This document shows positions 48,374 through 60,019 of a stretch of DNA of 64,000 nt, one piece after another. Each line of letters begins with the position of its first letter. The first letter of the stretch is position 1. The notes under the pieces are model-generated. The model did not search any database, was not told the DNA's origin, and saw only the letters and a list, made by a program, of their open reading frames with translations. Source of the stretch: Eledone cirrhosa (Eukaryota); contig OZ024740.1 in NCBI GenBank assembly GCA_964016885.1, positions 84,382,001 to 84,446,000 on the forward strand, read 5' to 3'. A program made the translations under genes and the position numbers.

Positions 48374-48552
48374 ATATGAAAGGGTCGGGACCCCGACGGC
48401 TGAGCACTTGCCGTTTCAACAGCTAGTTCCAGACTGACAAGCTGTTTCAACGGCAAGAGCTCAGCCATCGGGGTCCCGACTCTTTCATATTACCCACTCT
48501 TCTACCCCAAATATCAAGTACTCTGGTGAGTAATGGTCTAACCAGTTACTTA
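48374..48552 (+). mobile_element. Hairpin-plus-tail element, copy 3
   Basis: atgaaagggtcgggaccccgacggctgagc..gctcagccatcggggtcccgactctttcat, then tacccactcttctaccccaaatatcaagtactctgg. Confidence 0.78.
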
Positions 48553-48554
48553 CT

Positions 48555-49219
48555 GCATGAACGGGAGAAACTGATGACGGAAAACTTTCTACCGTTCATG
48601 CTTTCTTATTATTCTTAAGTATACCTTCCAGCAACTACACAGCACCCTCTCTTCTTCATATTTCGCTGTGACCTGTCTTCTGTCTCCTTCTACCTACCTA
48701 TTTTGTTGCTATCTACTCTTCCCTCTCTTTGTTTCTTTCCCTTTCTCCCTCTCACTTTCACCCACCCTCTCTATGCTAGCCACCTGATTGTTCCCCTCTC
48801 CTGTCTCTCTGTCAGTCTTTTTATCACTTACACTTGCAGAGGTCAGCCGTGTCTTTTTTCTCATCCGCACAATCTCAAACTTATGCTCAGTAGTTGTCGT
48901 GGACTTTAATTTTCTCTCTTCAAGTTGCTCACGCACTCTCCGGTTGTTTCCCGTTTTTTTTGTGGTTTTTTCGGTGTTTTTCTGTTTTCTCTTTTCTTCC
49001 CTTTTCCCTTCTGTTATCCTATACTTTCTTTCTCTCCCTTCTTTGTTTCCCCAATAACTTACCTAGTTATTGAACGCATTGGGGTGAGATATCTTGTTTT
49101 TAATGCATAGAAATATCCGAGACCCCCAGAAAACAACTGATGAAAGAAAACTTTATCCCGTTCATACTTTCTTCTTATTTTTAAGTATACCTTCCAGCAA
49201 CTACACAGTACCCTCTCTT

Positions 49220-49222
<3 letters not shown>
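48555..49222 (+). mobile_element. Non-coding element with ~88-bp direct terminal repeats, pyrimidine-rich interior (PLE-like layout)
   Basis: 48569-48657 is repeated at 49135-49222; each copy begins aaCTGATGA-nn-GAAAacttt; ends in (TA)n. Confidence 0.6.
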
Positions 49223-49272
<50 letters not shown>

Positions 49273-49904
49273 CCTTAGTTATTTCAAGTCTTTCCGCATT
49301 GTTTAATAAATAGGAAAAGCGCACCACTTCGGTCGTTCGTTTCTTAGTTGATATGTGTATATGTGTGTGCGTGTTTGTGAGTCTCTGTGTGTATGTGTGT
49401 GTGAATGTGTATATTATCCCATCATATTTTCCTGTATAGCCCTACATTATACAATGCGTCTTTTCCTGATATTTAAAGAAAGGTCGATACATATGAAATA
49501 GTGATATATGAGTTTAGTGAGATAACTTATAAACATTTATGAGAACAATCAAAAAATCTATAATAGTGAAAGATGAATGAACTTAGATTTATTATCCTTG
49601 CCTTTCGTGAAATTTACTTTCATTTTTTTTTAAATACACTTATTGCACTCTTTGTGTCGTCATTAGAATGGAAGACACAACAGGAAGTGACAAGAAATCA
49701 AATCTAAAGTTAACGGTGTGAGAGAACGACTTAAAAGAGTGGAATGTAAAATAAGAGAGCTGTCGGGGAGAGATAGATGAGATAGAGCTGATTGTTTTGA
49801 GCAAGGCTGGTGGTCAAAATAAACACTAAAAGCAATGTATATCAAAATATGATAGAATGTAATTTTTAAAAAAATATTAATTAGGGGTTTACCGAGTGTG
49901 GTGG

Positions 49905-50115
49905 AGGGGCAGAAATGTTAGAGCGTCTGATAAACTAACATCGCTATATTTGTTATAACTTCTTACATTCTGAATTCAATTCCCACCATGGTCAACTTTG
50001 TCTTTCATTCTTCTGGCATCGATTAAACAAAGTACTAATCATGTGCTGGTGTTGATTTCATCAGCTTTGCCCTTCCCTCAAATTTGCTGATCTTGTGCAT
50101 GAATTAGAAATCAAT
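49905..50115 (+). mobile_element. Old diverged octopod SINE
   Basis: ggcagaaatgttagagc..ctgaattcaattcccaccatggtcaactttgtctttcattc..cttgtgc..ttagaaa. Confidence 0.7.
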
Positions 50116-50405
50116 AATTAGAGATTGATCCAAATGAATATTTTGTTTGTCTATAGATATATTTATCTGAGGATCATTAATTATGAGACTTCCTCACTTG
50201 TACTATTTAGGTGTCTAGTAAATATGCCCACCTACTGTTATTAATCATAACAGTAAGCCTTTGTTTAAATATAGAGATTTTATATCTTAGGCTAGCTAGA
50301 GTGGATTGTGATGTTCATTGTGATGTCCCAACGACATTAACGATGCTAGTGAAATTCAAATCTTTCATTGAAATTCCAACCGGTTCTCGGTCTTAATTTG
50401 TCGGG

Positions 50406-50494
50406 TCCGTTTATTCTAATATACGACAGTAGTCACAGTCCGTTTATCCTGCTACACGGCAGTAGTCACAGTCCGTTTATTCTGGTACACGGCA
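50406..50494. repeat. 33-bp tandem repeat, about 2.7 copies
   Basis: Unit gtccgtttat.ctg.tacacggcagtagtcaca. Confidence 0.8.
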
Positions 50495-50611
50495 ACCAAA
50501 CAGTGAGTGTATTCTGTTATTAATTCTGGCAATATTATTACAACAATATGACCCTCCCCAAGTATAACAACATTTGTTTCGACACACGATTTCATATCAA
50601 AAACCTCGCAA

Positions 50612-50644
<33 letters not shown>

Positions 50645-50651
<7 letters not shown>

Positions 50652-51152
50652 TAACAGATTAAAGTTTAAGCAAAGAATCGCTGCTTTCACCCTTAACGGG
50701 ATCTTCTGAAACTAACAAAGTCAATCTGTGAACGCAGAAGTGAATATTTCAAAAAACGTAGCAACCGGAGGAAGATAAGAAGACGTTACTTTGTTTCGTG
50801 GAAACGTTCCCTGGCAAAGAACGGGAAAAAACGAATAAGATACGTCATTATTTGAAGCGGTGAAAAACAATTACACGCAAAGACAAAACCACGTTTATGG
50901 TATAAAAGAAGTCGTAGACTAATGTTCTCTTAGGTGGTTCATAGAGACGTTCTCTGGCAATGAACGGAAAAAACGAAGATAATACGTCATATGTGGAGCG
51001 TGGAGAACAATTGCACGCAAAGACAAAACCACGTAGATGGTATAACTGAAGTCGTAGACTAAAATTCTAATTAGGAAACCGAATGATTCTCGGCTTCAGA
51101 GTTAAGAATGAAGTAAATAAAATACAGAGTTAATTGAGATAAATATATACAC
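50645..51152 (-). mobile_element. Solo pLTR of the 15.3-18.3-kb PLE family, with the CAGAAGA hammerhead motif at 50663-50713
   Basis: Reverse complement aligns with about 15450-15958, including the internal ~140-bp tandem duplication. Confidence 0.9.
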
Positions 51153-51299
51153 GCATCCATATACGTACATACACAAGCATATATATGGAGAGAGAGGGGG
51201 GAGAAAGAGAGAAGATGATAAGGTGATTATATGTGGATGTTACGCTGTAACTTCGTGAGGATAAGCCGGTTCAAGCGATCTGTAAGCACTTCACGACGT

Positions 51300-52790
51300 C
51301 AGTAGTTTATTGCAGCTAAAAGTTGGTGATTAGAAGTGACGGGTTATCCATTTATCAATTAGAAGTAGTTAAGACGGTGATACTAACCATCTTGCCCAGG
51401 GTCTACCACTGTGTCTCCTGCCAGTTGGGCTTGCCAGTTAAATCTGTCCAGCGATTCTTTCCTAAAACATTCTAACCAAAAGCTCGTAGTATTGGAGCTG
51501 TGATCTCTCAATACGGATAAGGAACAGTTCTACCTGGAGTGACGTTCTGATCTCCGAGCTTCATACTTTAACGAGTAACGTTACTCGAAAACACTTCAGA
51601 GGAATCCAATTTCGGCCGCTTGTATTCGCGATCGTATACTTTCGGTCATTACCCAAGATTCATGACCATAGGTCTGATTAACGAATGCTGACACTGGCAC
51701 ATTACTGCATCAGATCTTACAATTCTTGCACTTAATTTAGCCTCCCACCTTCAGTGAGTCGTGAACACGGCCCTTTTATACTTGATCTTCTTCACCTTCT
51801 TCAGTGGAACTCCATTCACATGTATAGTGCACTGCGCAGGTATCCTTGAAAGGGCGAGTGTCTCAGTTTTTGCAACACTGATTTTCATTCAAACCATGCA
51901 GCAGTCGGCATCAAACCTATCAAGTGAAAGGCAGAGATCACCTTCTGTCACATTAAGTAACACCATGTCGTCTACAAATTCCAGCGGACTGATTTTACAG
52001 CCGCCAGTCGTGATACCGCTTCCAACCCGACAGCGCATGTTAATCTTGTTCATGAAAATAATGAACTGAAGAGGTGTCAGTACGCACTCTTGGTGGAGTC
52101 CGACTCCCACATTGAATGGTTTCTATACGAACGTCCGAGTGTTTGTGTTCGGATAAATGGAGCTAACAAGGAGATCCCTCTGTAATTGAAACAATCTTTC
52201 TTGTCTCCCTTTTTGAAAACTGGGATTATCACGCCGGGTTGCCATTGCTTAGGTGCCTTTCCCGAAATCCAGAGTACCCGGCACTCCAGTCTGCCAGAGA
52301 ATATCTTCTCTATTCAAAGCTATTAATATCTCAAGCCCGATTCCATCTTCCCCAACTACCTTGACATATTTGAGCTCTTTGACTGCTCTTGCTACCTCAG
52401 CCTCTGAGAGATGAGTCACGGCTCCCAGATGCACTTAGTGTACATCAGAAGATGCTGTTGTGATCGGGTTTAGAAGATCATCAAAGTAATCTCTTTCACC
52501 TCGCAAGGATGCACCTCTCTGCAGAGAGGAGAACTCCATAGGCCTTCTTGATAGCAGGTGTAGAGGAGAGCTTTTTATTATGAAGTCGGTGAATGATCTT
52601 CCAGAACACTTTATTTGCTTATCTGAAGGTGAATTCCAGTTTAACCCCAAAGTCCTCCCATCTCTTAACTTTAGAAGCCTTTACTATCTCTGCTGCGATT
52701 CTTTGTGCCAGCGTGTACAGCAAGTGCAAGAAGGACTTATTTCCGAGCCAAGCTTTCTAGACTTCCTTCTATACTCGGATGGCATCTTTG
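51300..52790 (-). pseudogene. Decayed RTE-clade LINE (RT region)
   Basis: EAEVARAVKELK..GEDGI..E.L, VIIPVFKKGDK, VGVGLHQECVLTPLQFIIFMNKI..LEFVDDMVLL, RSRIQAAEIGFL. Confidence 0.85.
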
Positions 52791-52967
52791 ACTTATTGCG
52801 ACTATATGTTTTAATTATATATATATCTCTAAACATATATAAGTTAATAAATATGAAAATACTGTTATACTCTTCCTTAAATCAATTTATTAAATAACGA
52901 AGCTATTACATTTACATCAATATCGATTGCATACTACCTCACATAACAATACACTAATATACCAAAA

Positions 52968-53123
52968 TAATTGTTTCTACTTTTGGCACAAGAACAGCAA
53001 TTACTGCAGTGCATTACTGGTACTTTATTTTATCGACCCCGTAGGATGAAAGGCAAAGTTAACCTCGGTTGGATTGAATTCAGACCATAAAGGACCGTGC
53101 CTCTACCGATACTGCCAATCCAT
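52968..53123 (-). mobile_element. Octopod SINE with an internal deletion
   Basis: Same consensus; the segment between A-box and B-box is shortened. Confidence 0.85.
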
Positions 53124-53464
53124 CATAATGCCCCCAATATTGTGTAGAATCAGGCATTCCTACTAAGGTATACACGCAACTATTACTTATACCGTCACAA
53201 GCAATCTAAATAACAAAGTTGCTTGATGAGGTGCGGATTTTTTGGGACACCCTTTACGGTGAAAAACAAGACGCGACAAAGAGCGGAGGAATTGAGGAGT
53301 GTCAATGGGCATCCATTAGTGTGAACATATTTACATATTGTATATATATATATATATATATAATGTTAATATTATATTTGGTTATAGGGTTTATGTGGGG
53401 ATTATTAGATATATATGTGTTTATTTTAATGTCCTTATCATATTTATTATTATTATTATTATTG

Positions 53465-56400
53465 ATCTTTGAGTCTCAGTCATTGATGTTATTTAACTGG
53501 AAAGTTTGTTGAAATGGATACCAAGCCACTACCTGCAGCCTCAGATATTCAGGACGTATCGAAGCGTTCTTGCTGTTCCCAGCAAGCATGCCTTTTGAAG
53601 TGTTCCAAAAAGCGGAGCGGGACCAATTTTCTTTAACCATCCTTGGAAACTCTTTGAGATAGTACCTAGTGCGCCTATGACAATCGGGACCACTTTGACT
53701 TCATGGCAGTTCCAAATCCTTTTTATCTCCCACTTCAAGTCCTGGTATCGGTTAATTTTCTCCCTCTCCTTCTCTTGCACTCTCGTGTCGAATGGACAGG
53801 CTACATCCACAATCAGGCACGATCTTTTTCCCTTGTCCAAAACCACCAGGTCAGGTCTATTGTGTTCCAGTTTCTTGTCCGTCTGTATCCGAAAATCCCA
53901 CAGCACTTTCACCTGATCGTTTTCCATCACCGACTCTGGCTTATGCTCATACCACTTCTCAGAATGTGGTAAATTGTTTACTTTGCATAGGTGCCAGTGG
54001 ATCACCCTGCCCATCACATCATGTCTCCAGCCTTTATAGAGAGTCTGGGCTTGGTGTTTACACTCGAATACAATGTGAGCCACAGTCTCCTCTCTCTCTC
54101 CACAGATCCTGCACAGTGGGCTAGCCTCCTCCTTGTGAATTTGGTGTTTCAGCCACTTCATGGCTCCTGCGCAGCCATTAGCATTCCTACTGTAGCCTTT
54201 TTAAGGTCTCCTCTTTTCAACCAGTTCCATGTCGGTGGATCTCTAAATTCAGTATTTTCAAAGAAAGCACTATGAAGGGATCTTTCATGAAGGTTTCTCT
54301 TTCTCCTTGTTGTTATTTCCTCCTTGGACATCCCCTGGTCTATTGTCCTCTCCTTCAGTACAATTCGGAGCATTGGCTCCCTACTATCAGTCACGTATTT
54401 GTGTAGGTTGTTTTTCTCCATCTGAACACAGTCCTCTATGTTGATAAGACCTCTTCCACCTTCAGATCTCCTTAAGTAGAGTCTATCGACATCACTCCTT
54501 TTGTGGAGCATGTTGTAGATAGTCAATAGCTTCCTAGTCTTCCTATCCATTTCTTTTTGTTCAGCAACATTCCATCTCAGAATTCCTGCACTGTACATAA
54601 TAATAGACACAGCTCGGGAATTACTGCACTTATGGCATTCATACTGTTCAGATGTGACTTTAGTACGCTCCTTACTCTCCGAATGTATTCAGATCTTAAC
54701 AATTCCTTCATTTTTTTGTTCTTGATGTCATCAGCCTCCAGAACACCCAAATACTTGTATCCTTCTTCAGTGTCAATTTCCTTTATCATCTCACCTGTTG
54801 GTACTTGGATTCCGTTGCTTCTGCTCAAATTACCCCTCTTCATCACAAGGACTCCACACTTACTCATACCAAATTGCATACATATATCATTGCTGAAAAT
54901 ACGGACAGTGTCAACAAGCACATCCAACTCCTAACTCTTCCCGAAGAGCTTAAGATCGTCCATGAAGAGGAGGTGATTGATGGTAAGCTCTCCCTTTCCC
55001 ACCTTGTATCCTGCTCTCACGTTTCGCAATATAATGGTCAGGAGGATCAGGGCAAGGACAAACAACAGAGGGGACAAACTATCTCCCTGGAAGATATCAC
55101 TCTTGATCCTCACGCCTCCCAAGGATTCTCCGCCCGATGTTAACTCTGTTTTCCAGGACTTCATACTTTTACTCAACAACTCTCTGATGTTATCTGACAA
55201 CCTGAAGATCTCTAGGCTTTTGGTGATCTAAGAATGAGGTACCATGTCGAATGCCTTTTTGTAGTCTATCCATCCCATGGCAAGACCAGTGTGTCTCCTC
55301 CTGCAATTCCTCATTACCATCTTATCAATAAGTAACTGGTCCTTTGTACCACGGGACTTGTTTCGGCATCCTTTCTGTTCGTCCGGTAACAAGTTGTTTG
55401 TGTGGAGGTGATGGTAGATTTCCTCAGACACAATGCTTGTTAACAGTTTCCACATTACGGACAGACATGTGATAGGTCTATAGTTGGTAACATCATTACC
55501 GTTGGTTCGGTCTTTCATTACCAGAACTGTGGTACCTTTTGTAAACCACTCTGGTACCTCACCTGACATCAAACAGTCATTGAACATGGTTGTCAGTTTC
55601 GGGTGGAGGGATGTTATATTTTTAATCCATACCCCTGCACACCATCTGGGCCTGGTGATTTCCAGTTGGTTAGTTTTCTGGCCTGCCCCTTAAGAATTTC
55701 AACTGTGATACTCAAATCAGTTTGTTGGTGTGCCTGTTCACTAATCTCCTTTTGTACTGTCTCAATCCACACTGCCTGATCATTATGTTCAACATCCTGC
55801 TCCCATATTCCTCTCCAGAATGTCTTAGTTTGTTCTGCCTCAGGGATCAAGTCGTTGCCTCTTTCTTTGCCTTCAAGCTGTCCAAACAACATCTTCTGGT
55901 TGTTGTCAAACATGCGGTTCTGTCTATACTGACTGACTCCGCTCTCGTATCGCCTAATCTTTCCGCTCTTTGCTACAATGCGTTGCTTCAGTTCCTCTAT
56001 GATAATATTTAGCTTTTTCCTCCTAGTTTTGTACTTTATTTCCAGTCTATTTTTAGTGTCTATGTTTTGTGGTGTCCCATTCAGTAGGGACTCAAGCTTT
56101 CCAATGTCATTTCTCATTTTCCTGATTTGACCATTCAGTCGTTTCTTCCACCAAGTGGTTTCTTCCACTGATCTTTCTTGTTTGTTGTTTCCTCTCGCTT
56201 TTATGCCAAGTAATTTCCTCACCGTATTTGCTGTTGCTTTGAGGATAGTATTGCACTGGTGAAGGCTCCTCGCCTCAAGGTATGGGATGACTTTGTTTAC
56301 CTTAGCTGTTGTTTCTTTTAACTTTTTCCTGTCTACAAATCTTAGCTTCATAGGTTTCCCACTATCATTGTTCATTTCATCTACCACTAACTTTAGGATA

Positions 56401-57081
56401 TCAACCAAATCTTGTCGTAGCCCGTCAGCATTCATTTCCTCAATGGCCGTAACTTTGTTCCAGGTATTATTTATTTCAGCATTCAGATCATTGTCTGCTT
56501 CGGATGCTTCCTCCGTTCTCTCAACCTCTTCACCTTCATCTCCCACTGGCTCGTTTGCCTGGCATACTCCACCCTCCATTTCCAATCTAATCTCTCTGCT
56601 GAGTTCCTCCAGTTCCAGCTCGCTTATCCACCCATTAGTTGTCATTACCCGAGCCTGCCCGGCCAATTTGTGTTCATCTAATTTAAATAGACCAATCTCG
56701 TTCCAGATGCTATGCATCCGTTTCCTATAGCCTTTTTCCTTGGGGTTACTCTTCAGGTAACATTGCATAACAGTTCTATTCAATTCTTTCGTCCAGTTGG
56801 TTCTGGTCCCTTTCCTTCTTCTTCTTCCTCCAACACCAGCAGTATTTGGATGATAGCCAGGTCCGTGCTGCTGGGCCAGGGAGCACCTGCTGGGTGAGAG
56901 TCTGTCACATGACATTCCAGTGTCCACTTCACCGTTATTCGAACTGTTTAGGTTCGACATTTAAACACTCATATCAAGGATTGGTGAATGTGTGGTTACA
57001 TAACCACCGGTGATTTCATCACCCCCAGTGATTTGATCACCCCCGGTGATTTTAGTTGGCACTATCACGCTGTAGACGACC
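53465..57081 (-). mobile_element. Near-full-length R4/Dong-clade non-LTR retrotransposon
   Basis: Single-ORF layout RT-CCHC-restriction-like endonuclease; short 3'UTR running into (AAT)n at 53445-53464. Confidence 0.9.
53541..56960 (-). pseudogene. R4/Dong ORF broken by stops and frameshifts
   Basis: WKSPGPDG, NYRPITCL, EQKGCR, WIDYKKAFDMVPH, IFQGDSLSPLLF, HLLFMDDLKL, YKYLG, DRLYLRRSEGGRGL, CRICGEREETVAHIVFEC, RHD, RPDLVV..DVACPFD..EKINRYQDL. Confidence 0.93.
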
Positions 57082-57878
57082 TAAATAAATAAACAAATAA
57101 ATAGTTAAAAACATAAAAAAGTAAGCATAAGTTTCTTTGTAATGTAATGTTTGAATGTCTGACTTAGTGTTTTGTTTGTTTGTTTGTTTGTTTTTCTTTT
57201 CTTTCTTCTTTTCTTTACGTTTTTCGTTGCTGTTGTGCTGTTTTGATTTTGATTTGTGATTTTTTTATTTTTTTATTTTTTGACCGGTTCATCAAATCAG
57301 TCTATTTATATCTTTTGATGCCTTCCTCACTTAGTGGGAATACTACGATACCTCTGTCTTAGCAGGAGATAGTGGGATAGAATAGCGGCGGTAGCGATAA
57401 TGAGGCAGTGGTGGTGCTGGTGGTGATGTGCTAGTAGTATTTTGCAGGAGGTAGTGGGAGAGAATAGCGGCGGTAGCGATAATGAGGCAGTGGTGGTGGT
57501 GGTGATGTGATCGTAGTACTGTAGTGATGGTGTTGAAGTTGAAGTAGAAATAGATGTTGGAGTAACTTGGCTAGATTTTTTGGTGTGGTAGTGGATGGTG
57601 GCGGTGGCGGTGTTGGTGGTGAAATGATTTGCCTCTCTGTCCACGGAGCCATTTTCCTCTTTTTTGACTATAACATTTCTGATCCAAAATTAAATATTAA
57701 ATATTGGGGCCCTATGCCATAATGTGATGCGTTGTCGCTTGCTGAGAGTAAAAAACTGTAATCTTATGTTTCATTTGTAATAAGAATTATTCTATCAGAG
57801 TTGTTTTAAATATGTAAAAATCAAAAACTTACGGGAGCGATTCCATAACGATATATCCACCATATGCGTTTTCTTCCC

Positions 57879-57933
<55 letters not shown>

Positions 57934-58100
57934 GTAGGAAATCGTATTATCGTGAGCTCAGCAAAGGTTTGTTGTTTTCAGTTGTTTCAAATTTCCATTT
58001 ATGGAAATTTTTCTGAAAAGGACACTCAAAAAGATTGGGGTCTTGAGCCCAAAATTTAAACTTTTATAATTATCAAACAAAATATTTCTTTGAAAAATTC

Positions 58101-59958
58101 ATGGACGACTCGCAGCCACACCAAGCTGACAGCCTTCCTCACAAACTAACACCTCACACCAACACCACCATTGTAAATATTACTACGTTTGCCAACACTA
58201 AAAATATAAGTGGTAGCAATAATTTAAATTTGTCTCATGCAGATATTCATTTCCCGCCATTACCAAAAACTGCAGGTGTTAAAGCCGCCACCCCCACCAC
58301 AACCATAGCGACAACAGAAACAAAAGAAAAAAATAAATTATTATCTCGTGACATCGAAATGGATTCACCCAGGATCGACTCTTCCACACCCAACACCACT
58401 AACGCGACCACCACCACAACTGAAACTAAAAATAACAATAACAAAAATAACAATAACAACAACAGCAACAACAACAATGAGAATATCAACAAAAACATCA
58501 ACACCACCGCAAATGTGTCATTTGCCAAAGCAGCCAAGAAATGCGAAACAATCGACTCAGGAGGAATAATATGAAGCCAAGAGAATGGTAAAGAAAGATA
58601 GGTACAGGGTCAGCCTCACCCACCCCCTCACCCCCACCTAATAAAATGGAGCATCGGCGCCTATGCACCGTGTCTTATCGGACGATTAACATAAAATGGA
58701 ACGGGCATCCGAGTCCCAAATCCAAAAAGCTTTGGGACATGTGTGGGCAACAAAACCCCACATCAGACGTGGGCAGAAATATGGAACCGTGGACGTGTTC
58801 TTTGAAACACCACAGGAGGCCAGAGAACACTCCATGGCCCCATTAAGAATTGACGACTTCACACTCGTCCCAAGCTATTGTGGCCAGAGACTCGTGAAGA
58901 TCAGAGTGACCCACGTTCTACCGGCCATCGAAATTCCCTGGCTAATGGCTGCCGTCCTCGCCGGCATCGAAGCCAGCACCAAGATAATCAAAATAGCGAA
59001 AGAAAAGCAGGAGAACTGGTCCGGATCTGGGATGGAGCTCCTGATCCAAGCGGACCAAAAAAGCATTGAGGAGATCCCAGAGGTAATAGACCTCACTGAC
59101 GGCAGCCACCTCACCGTAATCGTCGAGAGCAGAAGGCCTAGGTGTGTCGTTTGTGGTGAAGGAACCCACCTAAGGGCTTTCTGCCCTCAGGCTAAAAGGT
59201 TGAGGCCACCTCTCTTACCCACCCCAGTGACACAACCATCAACACCACCAGCAGCAGAAATGGCAGCAACAACTGTAGCAGCAACAACAGAAGCAACTGT
59301 TCCAGCAACAACCCCAGCAACAGAAGCAAAACCAACACCACCACCACCCAACGCGCCAGAACTAGCACCAGCGCCTACACCATCCACCACGCCACAACCA
59401 AAACCAACGCCTGTGGAGGATTTTCCACTCCCCGACCTATCGCAACTGGAAACAGATTTTGACGACGAGGAGTCGGAAACGGTATCAGAAAAAAAAAAAA
59501 AAAAAAAAAAAGAAAACTCCCCTTCCATCCCCCTCCAAAAACAAAATACAGAGGGAAACAAATAAACTATCAAACAAAAAAGTTAGGACAGATATGCCAC
59601 CATCCACACCAGCATCACCAACCCCATCACCACAAACACCAACACCAACACCCACAACAAACGCAAACAAAACAAAACAACCAAAACGATACACACTACA
59701 CAGCAATAAATTTCAACAGCAACCAATTATTACACTACATCCAACACAAACCAGCATCACAGAAAAAGACTACACAACAACCCAAAAGTTCACACCACCT
59801 CCACACATACAAATCACTCGCATCACACAGAAAACGTACACGACACTAAAACAAAAATTCCCAAAAGATATCGGAGACTTCCGACAAGCACTCTCCAGGA
59901 GGATTTATAAGGACATCCTTCCTGAGGAGGCCAGAAGCAATGAAAAGGATGGATAAAC
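58101..59958 (+). pseudogene. LINE ORF1 (gag-like, one CCHC knuckle, Thr/Pro/Asn-rich), interrupted
   Basis: VSFAKAAK, RRPRCVVCGEGTHLRAFCP; stop at 58572-58574 and a frameshift in the A-run near 59490. Confidence 0.8.
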
Positions 59959-60019
59959 CATCCTTCCTCTACGAGAAGTAAGGTAAGTGGTCTTTCCCAT
60001 CTTTTCCACTCCATTTCAA

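Noticed and set aside
53235-53258. Mariner-like TIR end (ttttgggacacccttta)
   Set aside because: No partner TIR or transposase found nearby.
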